Shown: positions 41,336 to 52,015, counted from the first letter of the stretch. The stretch: 64,000 nt of DNA from Gammaproteobacteria bacterium (GCA_021773195.1 JAJFKN010000028.1:18533-82532); one strand, 5' to 3'. The notes: generated from the letters alone by a model not told the origin. Made by a program: numbers and translations.

Positions 41336-42910
41336 ATGAAAAAAGGCCGCATTGCCATCATCTGTGTCGCCTTGGTGCTCCTGCTTTTGGGCGCTGGTTA
41401 CTATGCCGTATCTCAGATTAATGTGGAGCGTCTGCGCCCCATCATTGAAAAACACCTACAAACCAATATTGGCTACCCCGTCAAAATAACAGGGGATATA
41501 GAAGTTGCTTATAGCATCATGCCCTCCATTACCGTAGAAGGCGTACAAATCTATAATCCATCCTGGGCTAAGCGCCCTTTGGCTGCCAGTGTGGATCAAT
41601 TGAGGATTCAAATCGCTTTGATTCCATTATTAAAGAATAAACTACAAATCAACGAATTCGCCATAGAAGGCGGCACCATCATTATTGAATATGATAAAAA
41701 TGGCCGAAGTAATTGGCAGCATTTGTTAGAGACCGGGATTAGTCAGAAACAACCTCTAACGCCTAAAGAACTCTATCTAGGCAATACTCAAGTGATCCGT
41801 ATTAATGATAAAAATAATGATGTAAGTCGACTTAACATCGAACGCTTAGCCATTCAGCTCTATTCAACCAAGCAAACCATGGTAGTGAATCTGATTGCAA
41901 GTTATGATCGTTTTCCCTTTCAATTGTCGGGAACGGTTAAAAGCCAAAGCAACCATTTCAATAGTCCTTATCAACTGGACCTAACCCTAAGCTCTGATAA
42001 TTTAGATGCGAACGTGACAGGCACTTATGACCACAATAGCCATACACAAAACTACTGGGTTTTAGCCTCAGGCTTAAGCACTGAAGATTTGAGCCCCATA
42101 TTTCGCGCAGACATTCCGGATTTGGGCCCCTTTCAGGTGGGCATGATTATGCAGCAGGGACCCGACCTATGGACATTTAAAGATATTCAAGCCAACTTAA
42201 TGAAAGGTAAATTACGCGGCAACATCACTTTAAATAATTCAAAAGAAGATACCCAACACAAAATAAAAATGTCAGGACATGGCCTTGATTTACCCGAGGT
42301 ATTTAAGCGTTTACATATCAGCGGAAACTATCATAGCGGTAAATTAGCCTTTAACACAGACCTTACCAGCAAAGGAAATAACTGGGATGATTTCTTAGAA
42401 AGTTTAAATGGCCATGCCATGGTTAACTTCACCAAAACCCATTATGTTAGCCAGGGATTTGCTAGCTACACGGGAGATTTCATTCGAATGTTATCGGGCA
42501 AACACAATGATGAAGTTTATATCAACTGCCTCTTAGTACAAGTATTAATTAATGACGGCATAGTGAAAACCGAAAACATGATCATTAACACCCGAGGTGA
42601 AACCATACTGGGCAAAGGGATTATCAATCTTAAAAACCAATCCATAGACTTAATTATGCGACCACAGGTACGTGGTCTGTCAATAAAACCCCATGCCATA
42701 CCCATTCGGATTACGGGCCCCATTGAAGCGCCCCATGTAGATACCACATTAGCTGGCACCAGTATTGGTACAGGCAAAAAGATTTTAGGCTTAGCCTCAG
42801 GGCAACGTCTCTTTGAATCCATAGAAGCTACTCTTACGGATCCGATGCAAAATCACTCGAAAAATAATGCCTGTCTGAAGATTTTAAAATCCGAACAGTT
42901 AACTCCTTGA
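41336..42910 (+). CDS. AsmA-family protein (outer-membrane biogenesis/lipid-transport-like, N-terminal anchor)
   Basis: 524 aa. An N-terminal TM (IAIICVALVLLLLGAGYY) is followed by a long beta-rich periplasmic region with a repetitive character typical of AsmA-like proteins. The family call rests on architecture only. Confidence 0.55.
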   Translation: MKKGRIAIICVALVLLLLGAGYYAVSQINVERLRPIIEKHLQTNIGYPVKITGDIEVAYSIMPSITVEGVQIYNPSWAKRPLAASVDQLRIQIALIPLLKNKLQINEFAIEGGTIIIEYDKNGRSNWQHLLETGISQKQPLTPKELYLGNTQVIRINDKNNDVSRLNIERLAIQLYSTKQTMVVNLIASYDRFPFQLSGTVKSQSNHFNSPYQLDLTLSSDNLDANVTGTYDHNSHTQNYWVLASGLSTEDLSPIFRADIPDLGPFQVGMIMQQGPDLWTFKDIQANLMKGKLRGNITLNNSKEDTQHKIKMSGHGLDLPEVFKRLHISGNYHSGKLAFNTDLTSKGNNWDDFLESLNGHAMVNFTKTHYVSQGFASYTGDFIRMLSGKHNDEVYINCLLVQVLINDGIVKTENMIINTRGETILGKGIINLKNQSIDLIMRPQVRGLSIKPHAIPIRITGPIEAPHVDTTLAGTSIGTGKKILGLASGQRLFESIEATLTDPMQNHSKNNACLKILKSEQLTP

Positions 42911-42977
42911 TTTTAAATACTAGTTTCCTTATCATCTATAATTAACGGAACCATACTATTATTTAATGGAGTCCCCC

Positions 42978-43202
42978 ATGAACAAGAAAGCCCACATCAT
43001 TGGTGCCGCAGGCCTAGCCATCGCCCTGTCTAGCCTCGGTAATGTTGCAAATGCAGCCAGTAATCCTTTTGCTAGCCAATCTTTGCTAAATCCCTATAAC
43101 CTAAGCAGCAATACAGCAGATAGTACCGAGGGCACTGATGATAAAAGCAAACCTGGCAAATGCGGCAGCGATGGTAAATGCGGCCATGGTTCATGCGGAT
43201 AG
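42978..43202 (+). CDS. Precursor peptide of MNIO (DUF692) RiPP-like system: Sec signal peptide plus C-terminal GKCG-GKCG-GSCG cysteine repeats (HvfA/bufferin-like)
   Basis: An AUG with a GGAG RBS 6 nt upstream gives MNKKAHIIGAAGLAIALSSLGNVANA|ASNP..., a signal peptide with an AxA cleavage site. The mature ~49 aa end in ...KPGKCGSDGKCGHGSCG*. The ORF-track start at 42966 lacks an RBS. The stop overlaps the start of the DUF692 gene. Confidence 0.7.
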   Translation: MNKKAHIIGAAGLAIALSSLGNVANAASNPFASQSLLNPYNLSSNTADSTEGTDDKSKPGKCGSDGKCGHGSCG

Positions 43203-44008
43203 GTCTTGGCTATCGGCGTGAGTTTGCTGAAGATCTTCAAAGGCTATTACCGTCAACTATCGATTTTCTGGAATTAGCTCCAGAGAATTGGATCAAGATA
43301 GGGGGTAAGCGGCAGTGCGAGTTAACTAACTTGCATGAGCATTACCCATTGGTAGCTCATGGGTTGTCCCTTTCTATTGGCGGCCCTCGCCCGCTTAATG
43401 AACCTTTCCTTCAAGAATTAAAAAAGTTCTTTGATCATTATAATATTTCTATCTATACCGAGCACTTGAGCTATTGCGGTGCGAAAAGCCATATTTATGA
43501 TTTATTACCCATGCCTTTTTGTGAAGAAGCCATACACTACATTGCTTCACGCATCCGGCGGGTCGAAGATATATTAGAGCGACCTATTGCCCTAGAAAAT
43601 ATTTCCTACTATGCCACGCCCATGCAAGAGTTGACCGAGTTGGAATTTATCAACGGCATTCTGACGGAGAGCCAATGTGGCTTGCTTTTAGATGTGAATA
43701 ATATTTATGTTAATAGCATCAATCAAAACTATGATGCTAAAACATTTTTAAAAAGCTTAAAGCCAAAACACATTCCCTACATCCATGTAGCAGGCCATAA
43801 TAAACGCTCAGAAGATTTTATTTTAGACAGCCACGGTAGTGATATCATCGACCCTGTATGGGATTTACTGAATTGTGCTTATCAGCAATATGGTCTTTTA
43901 CCCACGGTCCTAGAGCGGGATAATAATATTCCCACATTAAATAGGCTTTTAAAAGAAGTAGACATCATCAGAGATATTCAGACATCCATTGATAAGGGAA
44001 CAGTGTGA
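43193..44008 (+). CDS. DUF692-family multinuclear non-heme iron oxidative (MNIO) enzyme, MbnB/HvfB-like
   Basis: The protein reads MRIGLGYRREF...LAHGLSLSIGG...TEHLSYCG...DLLPMPF...LENISYY...LLLDVNNIYVNS...HVAGH. This matches the conserved block pattern of the DUF692/MbnB TIM-barrel family. An alternative in-frame start at 43178 adds 5 aa. Confidence 0.85.
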   Translation: MRIGLGYRREFAEDLQRLLPSTIDFLELAPENWIKIGGKRQCELTNLHEHYPLVAHGLSLSIGGPRPLNEPFLQELKKFFDHYNISIYTEHLSYCGAKSHIYDLLPMPFCEEAIHYIASRIRRVEDILERPIALENISYYATPMQELTELEFINGILTESQCGLLLDVNNIYVNSINQNYDAKTFLKSLKPKHIPYIHVAGHNKRSEDFILDSHGSDIIDPVWDLLNCAYQQYGLLPTVLERDNNIPTLNRLLKEVDIIRDIQTSIDKGTV

Positions 44009-44760
44009 TGGCTAAGGTCCCTAAATTCATGAAAATCCAGCAGGCGTTTAGTAATGCCGTCTTAGGTTCCGCAGCATGCCCCTTAGAGGTTGACCAAAAT
44101 CACGTTAAAATCTATCGGAATTTAATCCATGAAGGTATGGATGAAATATTAAGAACAAATTTCCCTGTGCTCTATTCCCTATTTAATGAAGAAGACTGGC
44201 AGCAACTCATTAGCCATTTTTTACAAACCCACCCCTGTAAAACCCCTCTCTTTTATGAAATCGCTGAGGAATTTTTAGACTATTTAAATAATGAACGAGA
44301 TTCCAAACAAGATCCGTCTTTCTTGGTGGAGCTAGCTCACTATGAGTGGGTGGAGTTAGCTTTGGACTTACATGAAAATGAAGGGCCTTTTGGCAGCGTA
44401 GATTTATTTAATGACACACTCAGAGTTTCTTCTTTAGCTTGGTTACTGCAATATGACTATCCCGTGCACCGTATCGGCAAGAATTATCAACCCCAGACAA
44501 AACCTCAAGAACCCACTTGGCTTGTGGTTTATCGTGATCGAGCCTTAAACATTGGCTTCTTGGAATTGAATGCCCTTTCAGCTAGATTATTAGCTCTATT
44601 GAAAGAACAGTCCATAACAGGAGAAGAAGCTCTAGCAATTATTGCCACAGAATTACAACATCCTGAACCACAAACACTACAAACCTTCGGTCTGGAACTA
44701 TTGAGCGACTTTCTTGAAAAAGATATTATTCTTGCTGCTTATAAGTCATTTCCCTCTTGA
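44005..44760 (+). CDS. DUF2063-family protein, MbnC/HvfC-like partner subunit of MNIO enzymes
   Basis: The N-terminal region QQAFSNAVLG...KIYRNLIHEGMDEILRTNFPVLYSLF...EIAEEFLDYL fits the DUF2063 pattern (QxxFxxAL...YRNN...FPV). The gene overlaps the DUF692 gene by 4 nt. Confidence 0.8.
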   Translation: MMAKVPKFMKIQQAFSNAVLGSAACPLEVDQNHVKIYRNLIHEGMDEILRTNFPVLYSLFNEEDWQQLISHFLQTHPCKTPLFYEIAEEFLDYLNNERDSKQDPSFLVELAHYEWVELALDLHENEGPFGSVDLFNDTLRVSSLAWLLQYDYPVHRIGKNYQPQTKPQEPTWLVVYRDRALNIGFLELNALSARLLALLKEQSITGEEALAIIATELQHPEPQTLQTFGLELLSDFLEKDIILAAYKSFPS

Positions 44761-44823
44761 AAAATATCCCCAGTAAGATAGGATGCTTCTTCTTCACGAG
44801 CTAGTTTACAGACTGGGTGTCTC

Positions 44824-45654
44824 ATGGTAAAAAAATACGGGTTATTAGCTGGAATCATAGGAAGTCTCCTATTGACATCCTATGCTTTCGCAGTTCCTCC
44901 CCAACCCACTATAACTGTAAGCAAAAATCACGCTCACGATGGACCCATTATCGTGGTTATTGATCCTGGCCATGGTGGCAAAGACCCGGGAACCACTGGC
45001 TCCCACAACATCAAAGAAAAAAATGTCGTACTGAAAATATCCAAAGATTTACAGCAAGATATTAATAAAGAAAAAGGTTTCCATGCCAAATTAACCCGAA
45101 AAGGTGATTATTTCATCCCGCTGCGCGGCCGCTTGAAAATAGCTCGGGAAGATAAAGCTGATATGTTTGTTGCTATTCATGCTGACGCCTACAAGGACCA
45201 TAAAGCTCATGGGGTTTCGGTCTTTGCCCTCTCAGAACATGGTGCCACCTCCGAAGCCGCCCGTTGGGTAGCTCACGAAGAAAATAAATCCGAATTAAAA
45301 TACGATAACCTAGCGGGCATTAATTTAAATAATAAGAGCAAAGTGTTACGCTCGGTGCTGATTAATCTTTCACAGACAGCCACCACAGCCACAAGCATTC
45401 AAGTGGGTGACGCCATCATTAATCAAGTATCTAAAGTCACTGATATGCATCATCATGGCATAGAACAGGCGGCTTTTGTGGTATTGAAATCACCGGATAT
45501 TCCATCCTTATTAGTGGAAACGGGATTCTTATCTAATCCTAAAGAAGCCAATCGACTCAACAACCCTGCCTACCAAGAAAAAATTGCTCATGCTTTAGCT
45601 AAAGGCATTGTCACTTATTATAGGGATCACCCCATTAAACGCGGAAAATACTAG
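44824..45654 (+). CDS. N-acetylmuramoyl-L-alanine amidase (Amidase_3 family, AmiA/AmiC-like)
   Basis: A signal peptide is followed by the catalytic-domain motifs VVIDPGHGGKDPGTTG and E...H zinc ligands. Length is 276 aa. Confidence 0.85.
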   Translation: MVKKYGLLAGIIGSLLLTSYAFAVPPQPTITVSKNHAHDGPIIVVIDPGHGGKDPGTTGSHNIKEKNVVLKISKDLQQDINKEKGFHAKLTRKGDYFIPLRGRLKIAREDKADMFVAIHADAYKDHKAHGVSVFALSEHGATSEAARWVAHEENKSELKYDNLAGINLNNKSKVLRSVLINLSQTATTATSIQVGDAIINQVSKVTDMHHHGIEQAAFVVLKSPDIPSLLVETGFLSNPKEANRLNNPAYQEKIAHALAKGIVTYYRDHPIKRGKY

Positions 45655-45693
45655 GTCTGTTGACATTTCGCTGGTTCGAAACATCAATAGTTC

Positions 45694-47193
45694 CTAATCC
45701 ATAATATCCTTGATCTCCCTTTGGAATGATTCAGAAAACAATTTTGATTCCATAGTGTTGATATCATCCGAGAGTAAATGCTCTCCGTTGTAGGGTGGAA
45801 CCCAACTTCGAATTAAATCATGAATGGCCTTTAAACTGGGGTTCAAGCTTAACCCTTCTTGCATATCCATGCCTTGGCATGCCACTAATAGTTCAATAGC
45901 TACAATGTATTTGCAATTTTGTGCCATGCTATGCAAGCGACGTGCTGCGTAACAAGCCATACTCACATGGTCTTCCTGATCCCCTGAGGTGGGAATACTA
46001 TCCACGGATAATGGATGAGCTAAGGCTTTATTCTCACTGACCAAACTAGCCGCTGTCACCTGAGCCATCATGAATCCACAGTTCAAACCTGGATCTTGAG
46101 TTAAAAAGGCGGGTAGACCACTGTGTTTTGCATCCATCAGTAGAGCAATACGGCGCTCACTCAAGGATCCTAACTCTGCCAATGCCAGCGCCATATTATC
46201 GGCCGCGAAGGCTATAGCTTCACCGTGAAAGTTGCCACCTGAGAGAATGCGATGCTTCTTTCTGTGTACAATGGGATTATCAGAAATACCATTCACTTCC
46301 CGCAGCACAAGATCCAAAGCATTCTGCCATTGGTCCCAACAGGCACCCATCACTTGAGGTTGGCAACGGATAGAGTATGGGGCCTGAATGTGATTTCCCT
46401 CAGTATGTTTAACTGCACAGCCTTTTAAGAGGTTATTAAAATAACTATTTACTTGTTGCTGGCCTTTTTGGTCATGCAATGCATTTAATAACTTATCAAA
46501 AGCTTCTTGATTAGCATTCACGGCTAAGGTTGAGAAACTCCCCACTAAGATAGCCATTTTTATTAACTGCTCTAATTCAAAGGCCCCCTGCCAAGCCAGA
46601 GCCGTAGAGACTTGAAGACCATTAATTAATGCTAAACCTTCCTTAGGCGCTAATATTATTTTTGTAAAATCCGCTGCACTGGCTGGCACTACCTCATGGC
46701 TACCCATGACATGACCATGACCCAATAATACACTGGCCATATGTGCCAAGGGGGCTAAGTCGCCAGAAGCGCCCACGGACCCTTGGCTAGGAATCAGAGG
46801 CAATAGGTCTTCATTATATAATGTTGTTAACCCATGAACTAACTCCGGCCGAACACCCGAATAACCTTGTGCCAACGTATTTATTTTAAGAATCAAAATT
46901 AAACGCACCAAGGATTTTGAAAATGGCTTACCCACGCCACAGCTGTGTGAAAAAATCAAATTACGTTGCAAGGTTTCCCAGTCATCTCTACCGATAGGGA
47001 AATTATCAAAGTCGCCAAAACCATGATTAACGCCATAAACGGCTTGTGAATCTAAAGCTGATAATAAAAATTCATGGTCGGCGTTTAAATGCTTATCTAA
47101 ACCACGGGGCAAGGCAATATACACGCCACCTTTTTGCAGATATTGCAAATCTTCATGAGTCAATTTTCCGGGTTTTAGTTTCCATGATTTCAT
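45694..47193 (-). CDS. hutH: Histidine ammonia-lyase
   Basis: The MIO-forming GASGDLAPLAHMA motif is present. Length is 499 aa and the gene is the last of the hutUI-H cluster. Confidence 0.93.
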   Translation of the reverse strand: MKSWKLKPGKLTHEDLQYLQKGGVYIALPRGLDKHLNADHEFLLSALDSQAVYGVNHGFGDFDNFPIGRDDWETLQRNLIFSHSCGVGKPFSKSLVRLILILKINTLAQGYSGVRPELVHGLTTLYNEDLLPLIPSQGSVGASGDLAPLAHMASVLLGHGHVMGSHEVVPASAADFTKIILAPKEGLALINGLQVSTALAWQGAFELEQLIKMAILVGSFSTLAVNANQEAFDKLLNALHDQKGQQQVNSYFNNLLKGCAVKHTEGNHIQAPYSIRCQPQVMGACWDQWQNALDLVLREVNGISDNPIVHRKKHRILSGGNFHGEAIAFAADNMALALAELGSLSERRIALLMDAKHSGLPAFLTQDPGLNCGFMMAQVTAASLVSENKALAHPLSVDSIPTSGDQEDHVSMACYAARRLHSMAQNCKYIVAIELLVACQGMDMQEGLSLNPSLKAIHDLIRSWVPPYNGEHLLSDDINTMESKLFSESFQREIKDIMD

Positions 47194-47197
47194 TGCA

Positions 47198-48856
47198 TCA
47201 CCGCTTCTTAATCATTGGTAGTTTAAGACCATTAGCTTTAGCGCAGTCTATAGCATCAGTATAGCCTGCATCACAATGACGCATAACAGCTGTAGCAGGG
47301 TCATTGCTTAACACCCGTTGTAGACGGCCTTCAGCAGCTTCACTGCCATCGGCTACCACCACGAATCCCGCATGTTGTGAATACCCCATGCCTACACCAC
47401 CCCCATGATGGATACTCACCCATGTAGCACCGCTAGCACAATTCAATAAAGCATTTAATAAAGGCCAATCCGATACAGCATCGGAACCATCTAACATACC
47501 TTCTGTCTCACGATTAGGGCTTGCTACAGAGCCCCCGTCCAAGTGATCACGCCCGATGACAATGGGTGCCTTTAATTCTCCCCGGGCTACCATTTGATTA
47601 AAAACAACGCCTATTAAGGCACGATGCTGTAAGCCTAACCAGCATATACGTGCTGGCAAGCCTTGGAAGGGAATACGCTCTCTCGCCAAATCTAGCCAGC
47701 GATGTAAATGAGTATCTTCGGGTATTAATTGTTTCACCACCTCATCGGTTTTATAAATATCACTTTTCTCTCCCGACAAAGCCACCCAGCGAAAAGGACC
47801 TATACCCTGACAAAACTGAGGACGAATATAAGCGGGCACAAAACCTGGAATATCAAAAGCATCCTTCACCCCCATATCCAAGGCCATCTGTCGTATATTA
47901 TTCCCATAATCGAAGACAGGTATGCCTCGTCGATGAAATTGCAACATGGCTTCTACCTGTATCGCCATGGACTTTTTAGCTTCTTGAATAACATACTGGG
48001 GTTTATCTATACGTAGCGCCTTTGCTTGCATCAAGGACCAACCTGATGGTAGGTAACCATTTAGAGGATCGTGAGCACTGGTCTGATCCGTTACTAAATG
48101 AGGTTGTACTTCACCCATGGCAATGGCGGGAAAAATTTCTGCGGCATTACCCAATAACGCCACTGAAATGGCTTTACCCTTGAGGCAAGCTTCTTGAATT
48201 CGGGCCAATGCCACAGTTAACTCTTTTTCAATGTAATCCACATAGCCCATGGATTTACGCCGTTGTATATGTTCCGAATCACATTCCACCACCAACATAC
48301 TGGCGCCGGCCATGGTGGCAGCCAATGGTTGAGCCCCTCCCATGCCACCTAACCCTGCACTCAAAATCCATTTACCTTGTAAGGTCCCGTTATAATGTTG
48401 GCGTGCTGCTTCACAGAAAGTTTCATAAGTGCCTTGAATAATGCCTTGGCTACCGATATAGATCCAAGACCCTGCGGTCATTTGTCCATACATCATTAGG
48501 CCTTTGGCATCTAATTCATTAAAATGCTCCCAGGTAGCCCAATGGGGCACTAAGTTAGAATTAGCTAACAATACCCGAGGGGCATCAACGTGAGTTCTCA
48601 TGACACCTACGGGCTTACCCGATTGAATTAATAATGTTTCATCACATTCCAGTGTTTTGAGGCAATCCACGATGGCGTGGTAACAATCCCAGTTACGCGC
48701 CGCTTTGCCTACACCACCATAAACAATCAATTCATCGGGATTTTCAGCTACATCAGGATCTAGATTATTCATTAACATGCGCATGGGTGCTTCTGTTAAC
48801 CAACTTTTAGCTATCAGTTGAGAGCCTCTTGCTGCTTTAATGAGTTTATTTGACAT
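47198..48856 (-). CDS. hutU: Urocanate hydratase
   Basis: 552 aa, urocanase family. A glycine-rich NAD-binding region ([10 protein letters not shown]) and conserved C-terminal region are present. Confidence 0.95.
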   Translation of the reverse strand: MSNKLIKAARGSQLIAKSWLTEAPMRMLMNNLDPDVAENPDELIVYGGVGKAARNWDCYHAIVDCLKTLECDETLLIQSGKPVGVMRTHVDAPRVLLANSNLVPHWATWEHFNELDAKGLMMYGQMTAGSWIYIGSQGIIQGTYETFCEAARQHYNGTLQGKWILSAGLGGMGGAQPLAATMAGASMLVVECDSEHIQRRKSMGYVDYIEKELTVALARIQEACLKGKAISVALLGNAAEIFPAIAMGEVQPHLVTDQTSAHDPLNGYLPSGWSLMQAKALRIDKPQYVIQEAKKSMAIQVEAMLQFHRRGIPVFDYGNNIRQMALDMGVKDAFDIPGFVPAYIRPQFCQGIGPFRWVALSGEKSDIYKTDEVVKQLIPEDTHLHRWLDLARERIPFQGLPARICWLGLQHRALIGVVFNQMVARGELKAPIVIGRDHLDGGSVASPNRETEGMLDGSDAVSDWPLLNALLNCASGATWVSIHHGGGVGMGYSQHAGFVVVADGSEAAEGRLQRVLSNDPATAVMRHCDAGYTDAIDCAKANGLKLPMIKKR

Positions 48857-50075
48857 GGCTTACCTTCCCATGCTTGACCACTTGATAACAGGGATTTCCC
48901 CCCAGGGTAGAACATAATTCTCCGGGACTATGACAATCCCATAAAACAAAATCCGCCATTTTCCCAACTTCTATACTACCGTAATCTTTTTCTATGCCTA
49001 AAGCACATGCACCATTATAAGTAAAACCACGTAAGGCTTCCTCTACAGTTAAAGCGTATTGCACACAAGCCAAAGATAATAATGACAACGGTGATATTAA
49101 GGGAGATGTTCCAGGATTACAGTCTGAGGCGATAGCCATTGATACATTGTATTGACGCAACAGATCTAAAGGCGGTTTTTCTCGTTGTTGCAAAAAATAG
49201 CTAGCCCCAGGTAATAGAACCGGCATAGTTTTACTTTTGGCTAAAGCAATCAAATCCTTTTCTTCAGCGAATTCTAAGTGATCTACCGATAACGCATTGT
49301 ACTTTAAGGCCAATTGAATGCCTTGGCTAGCGGATAGTTGATGAGTATGTAATTTCACCGGCAATCCATGCTGTTTCGCGCAGGAAAATAAAACCTCAAT
49401 GGCCTCACAAGAAAATGCCAACTCATCACAAAATCCATCCACCGCATCAACCAGATCTTCATGGACTAGTATGGGCAATACTTCTTGGCACATAAAATCC
49501 AGGTACGTCTGAACGTCACGGAATTCCTTTGGCAAGACATGGGCACCCAAATAACTGGTTTTAATGGTCAATGGTAAAATATCACCTAACTTTCTTGCTA
49601 AGATCAATTGTTTCTTTTCCGTCTCTAAATCCAACCCATAACCTGATTTTATTTCTAATGTGGTTACCCCTTCTAAATGCATACAGCGTGCGCGTTTTTC
49701 ACAAAGTTGCAACAGTTCATGAAAGCTGGCAGCCCTAGTATCTCGCACTGTGGCATGAATTCCCCCACCTGCTTGCAAAATCGCTTGGTAACTTTCACCC
49801 TGAATTCGTCGTTGGAATTCTTCTTCCCGAGAACCGGCATAAACTAAATGAGTATGACAGTCCACAAAACCTGGCGTCATTAAGCGACCTTCAACTGAGA
49901 TTTCTTGTTTGACTTGTTGTCGCATAGCTTGCGGTATGTCTTTCATCAGACCCAACCAGACAATACGACCTTCTCGCACAACCAAACCTGCATCGTCTAT
50001 TATTTCAAACGCAGCTTGAGGGGCTAAGCTAAGAATACGGGCATTTACCCAAAGGCTGTCATAGTCATTATTCAA
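48846..50075 (-). CDS. hutI: Imidazolonepropionase
   Basis: 409 aa, metal-dependent amidohydrolase with the HTH metal motif ([14 protein letters not shown]). It lies upstream of hutU. Confidence 0.93.
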   Translation of the reverse strand: MNNDYDSLWVNARILSLAPQAAFEIIDDAGLVVREGRIVWLGLMKDIPQAMRQQVKQEISVEGRLMTPGFVDCHTHLVYAGSREEEFQRRIQGESYQAILQAGGGIHATVRDTRAASFHELLQLCEKRARCMHLEGVTTLEIKSGYGLDLETEKKQLILARKLGDILPLTIKTSYLGAHVLPKEFRDVQTYLDFMCQEVLPILVHEDLVDAVDGFCDELAFSCEAIEVLFSCAKQHGLPVKLHTHQLSASQGIQLALKYNALSVDHLEFAEEKDLIALAKSKTMPVLLPGASYFLQQREKPPLDLLRQYNVSMAIASDCNPGTSPLISPLSLLSLACVQYALTVEEALRGFTYNGACALGIEKDYGSIEVGKMADFVLWDCHSPGELCSTLGGNPCYQVVKHGKVSHVK

Positions 50076-50161
50076 TGAAATTCCTTATTGATGCTTATGC
50101 TCTATAGAAAAGTATAATCAATCCTTCTGTCATTGCATGCGTACAGCAACTATAATGGTAA

Positions 50162-51103
50162 TTGTTTGATTCTTCGAGGTATTTATTTCAAGTGAAAACC
50201 GAACTATCAATATGTTACGAAGCCCCTTCTCAGGAGCGTTGGCATCCTAAAAGCCAAGTAACACTTATAGATTTAAGTAAACCCGCGCCCCCTGTGAATA
50301 AGGGTTTCGGTCTGTTGGGTTTTGCCTGTGATAGCGGCATAATACGCAACCATGGTCGGCCGGGTGCTTATTACGGGCCAACGGCATTACGTCAAGCAAT
50401 GTTACGCAGCCCCATCTACGATTGTGGTGATATTATTTGCAAAAATCACGATTTAGAATCGGCGCAACATGCCCTGGCTGAAGCTGTAAAATCCATTTGC
50501 CAATTAAACCTCACCCCCATACTGATCGGTGGCGGCCACGAAATGGCTTATGGACATTTCCTCGGTCTTTCGGTATTCCACTCGAATATTGGCATTATAA
50601 ATATTGATGCCCATTATGATTTAAGGCCGCTCTTATCGGGAAATAAAGGTTCTTCTGGCACACCATTTTTACAAATAGCGCAACACTGCAAAAACAATAA
50701 TAAAGATTTCCATTATTGCGTCTTAGGCATTCAACCTGAATCAGCTAATAAAGAGATCATGGAAAACGTTAGAAAGTTAAATGTATTGAGTTTTACTGCA
50801 AAGCAAATACAACATAACAATATTCAGGATGAATTAAAAACCTTTATGCTATCCTGCAACCAGATTTATTTGACTATTTGCTTGGATGCTTTTTCAAAAG
50901 ATATAGCACCGGGCGTATCTTCACCTCAAGCTTTGGGCATCAGCCTCGACGATATATTACCTCATCTCAAGATCATTTTAGACAGCAAGAAAGTTTGCGC
51001 CATGGATATTGCTGAATTGTCCCCACCTTTAGATGAAAAGAACAAAACGACTCAACTAGCGGTTTCTCTCTGTGATTTTATACTCCCGCATATAATCCCC
51101 TAA
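50162..51103 (+). CDS. hutG: Formimidoylglutamase (arginase/ureohydrolase family)
   Basis: Arginase-family metal motifs are present (GGGHEMAYG, DAHYDLRP, CLDAFSKDIAPG). The gene is divergent from hutIUH. Confidence 0.8.
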   Translation: MFDSSRYLFQVKTELSICYEAPSQERWHPKSQVTLIDLSKPAPPVNKGFGLLGFACDSGIIRNHGRPGAYYGPTALRQAMLRSPIYDCGDIICKNHDLESAQHALAEAVKSICQLNLTPILIGGGHEMAYGHFLGLSVFHSNIGIINIDAHYDLRPLLSGNKGSSGTPFLQIAQHCKNNNKDFHYCVLGIQPESANKEIMENVRKLNVLSFTAKQIQHNNIQDELKTFMLSCNQIYLTICLDAFSKDIAPGVSSPQALGISLDDILPHLKIILDSKKVCAMDIAELSPPLDEKNKTTQLAVSLCDFILPHIIP

Positions 51104-52015
51104 CATGCCATAAGACAAGCCAATGCCACCACAGACAATAACTAAAACATTTTTATATTGAGAAAAATCCACTAAACCATCGTATAAACAAGCAAGCGCC
51201 GCGCCACAAGAGGGTTCCACGAGTATACGATGCTCATCTAAGAATAAGTGACACGCCCGAATGGTTTGATGGTCCTCGACTAACCTAGTATGCAAGGGGT
51301 GTTGCTTATCATATTCCAGCAGCTGTTTTGTCACATTCTGTGCCGCCAGAGACGTAGCAATAGTATTTACATCATCTAAATCTATTACCTTACCCACCTT
51401 TTTCGCTTGATTGAAACCGGGGGCACCTTGCGTTTCCACGCAATACACAGGAATATCCATACCTTCAAAACGCCGCAAGCCTTCAATAACACCACAAGCC
51501 AGACCGCCACCACCCACAGACAGTATAACAGCATCAGGGGCGTACCCATCGGCATAGATTTCTTCAATCATGGTGGCATGGCCATTCCAAATCATGGGGT
51601 GGTCGTAGGGTGGAATAAAGGCTGCCTGCTGTTCTCTCGCAAAAGTTGTAGCCGCTTCCAATACCCCTGAAAATTTAGATTTCTTTATGATGGTTTCAGC
51701 ACCATAGGATTGTACTGCATCAATAAATCGTTGGTGACTGGTGTAAGGTAAAAATACCGAAGCTTTTGCGCCTAGCTTTTCTGCTGCATAGGCCACAGCC
51801 ACACCGGCGTTTCCTCCTGAAAAAGCAACAAAATATTTTGTCCCCTGTTGTGCGTGATACTGGCACAACTGTCCAACCCCTCTAATCTTGAAAGATCCTG
51901 TGGGTTGATAACATTCCATTTTCAACAAAACACGCGTACCCACTCGCTGGCTCAGGGGTTTTGATTCAAGTGTGGGAGTCCAGTGATGTAGTGTTCTCAT
52001 TTTAATCAATCCCAT
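51056..52015 (-). CDS. PLP-dependent threonine/serine dehydratase-like enzyme (tryptophan-synthase-beta superfamily)
   Basis: The lysine motif SFKIRG and the glycine loop SGGNAGVAVAYAA are present. Length is 319 aa with no C-terminal ACT regulatory domain. Confidence 0.7.
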   Translation of the reverse strand: MGLIKMRTLHHWTPTLESKPLSQRVGTRVLLKMECYQPTGSFKIRGVGQLCQYHAQQGTKYFVAFSGGNAGVAVAYAAEKLGAKASVFLPYTSHQRFIDAVQSYGAETIIKKSKFSGVLEAATTFAREQQAAFIPPYDHPMIWNGHATMIEEIYADGYAPDAVILSVGGGGLACGVIEGLRRFEGMDIPVYCVETQGAPGFNQAKKVGKVIDLDDVNTIATSLAAQNVTKQLLEYDKQHPLHTRLVEDHQTIRACHLFLDEHRILVEPSCGAALACLYDGLVDFSQYKNVLVIVCGGIGLSYGMLGDYMREYKITERNR

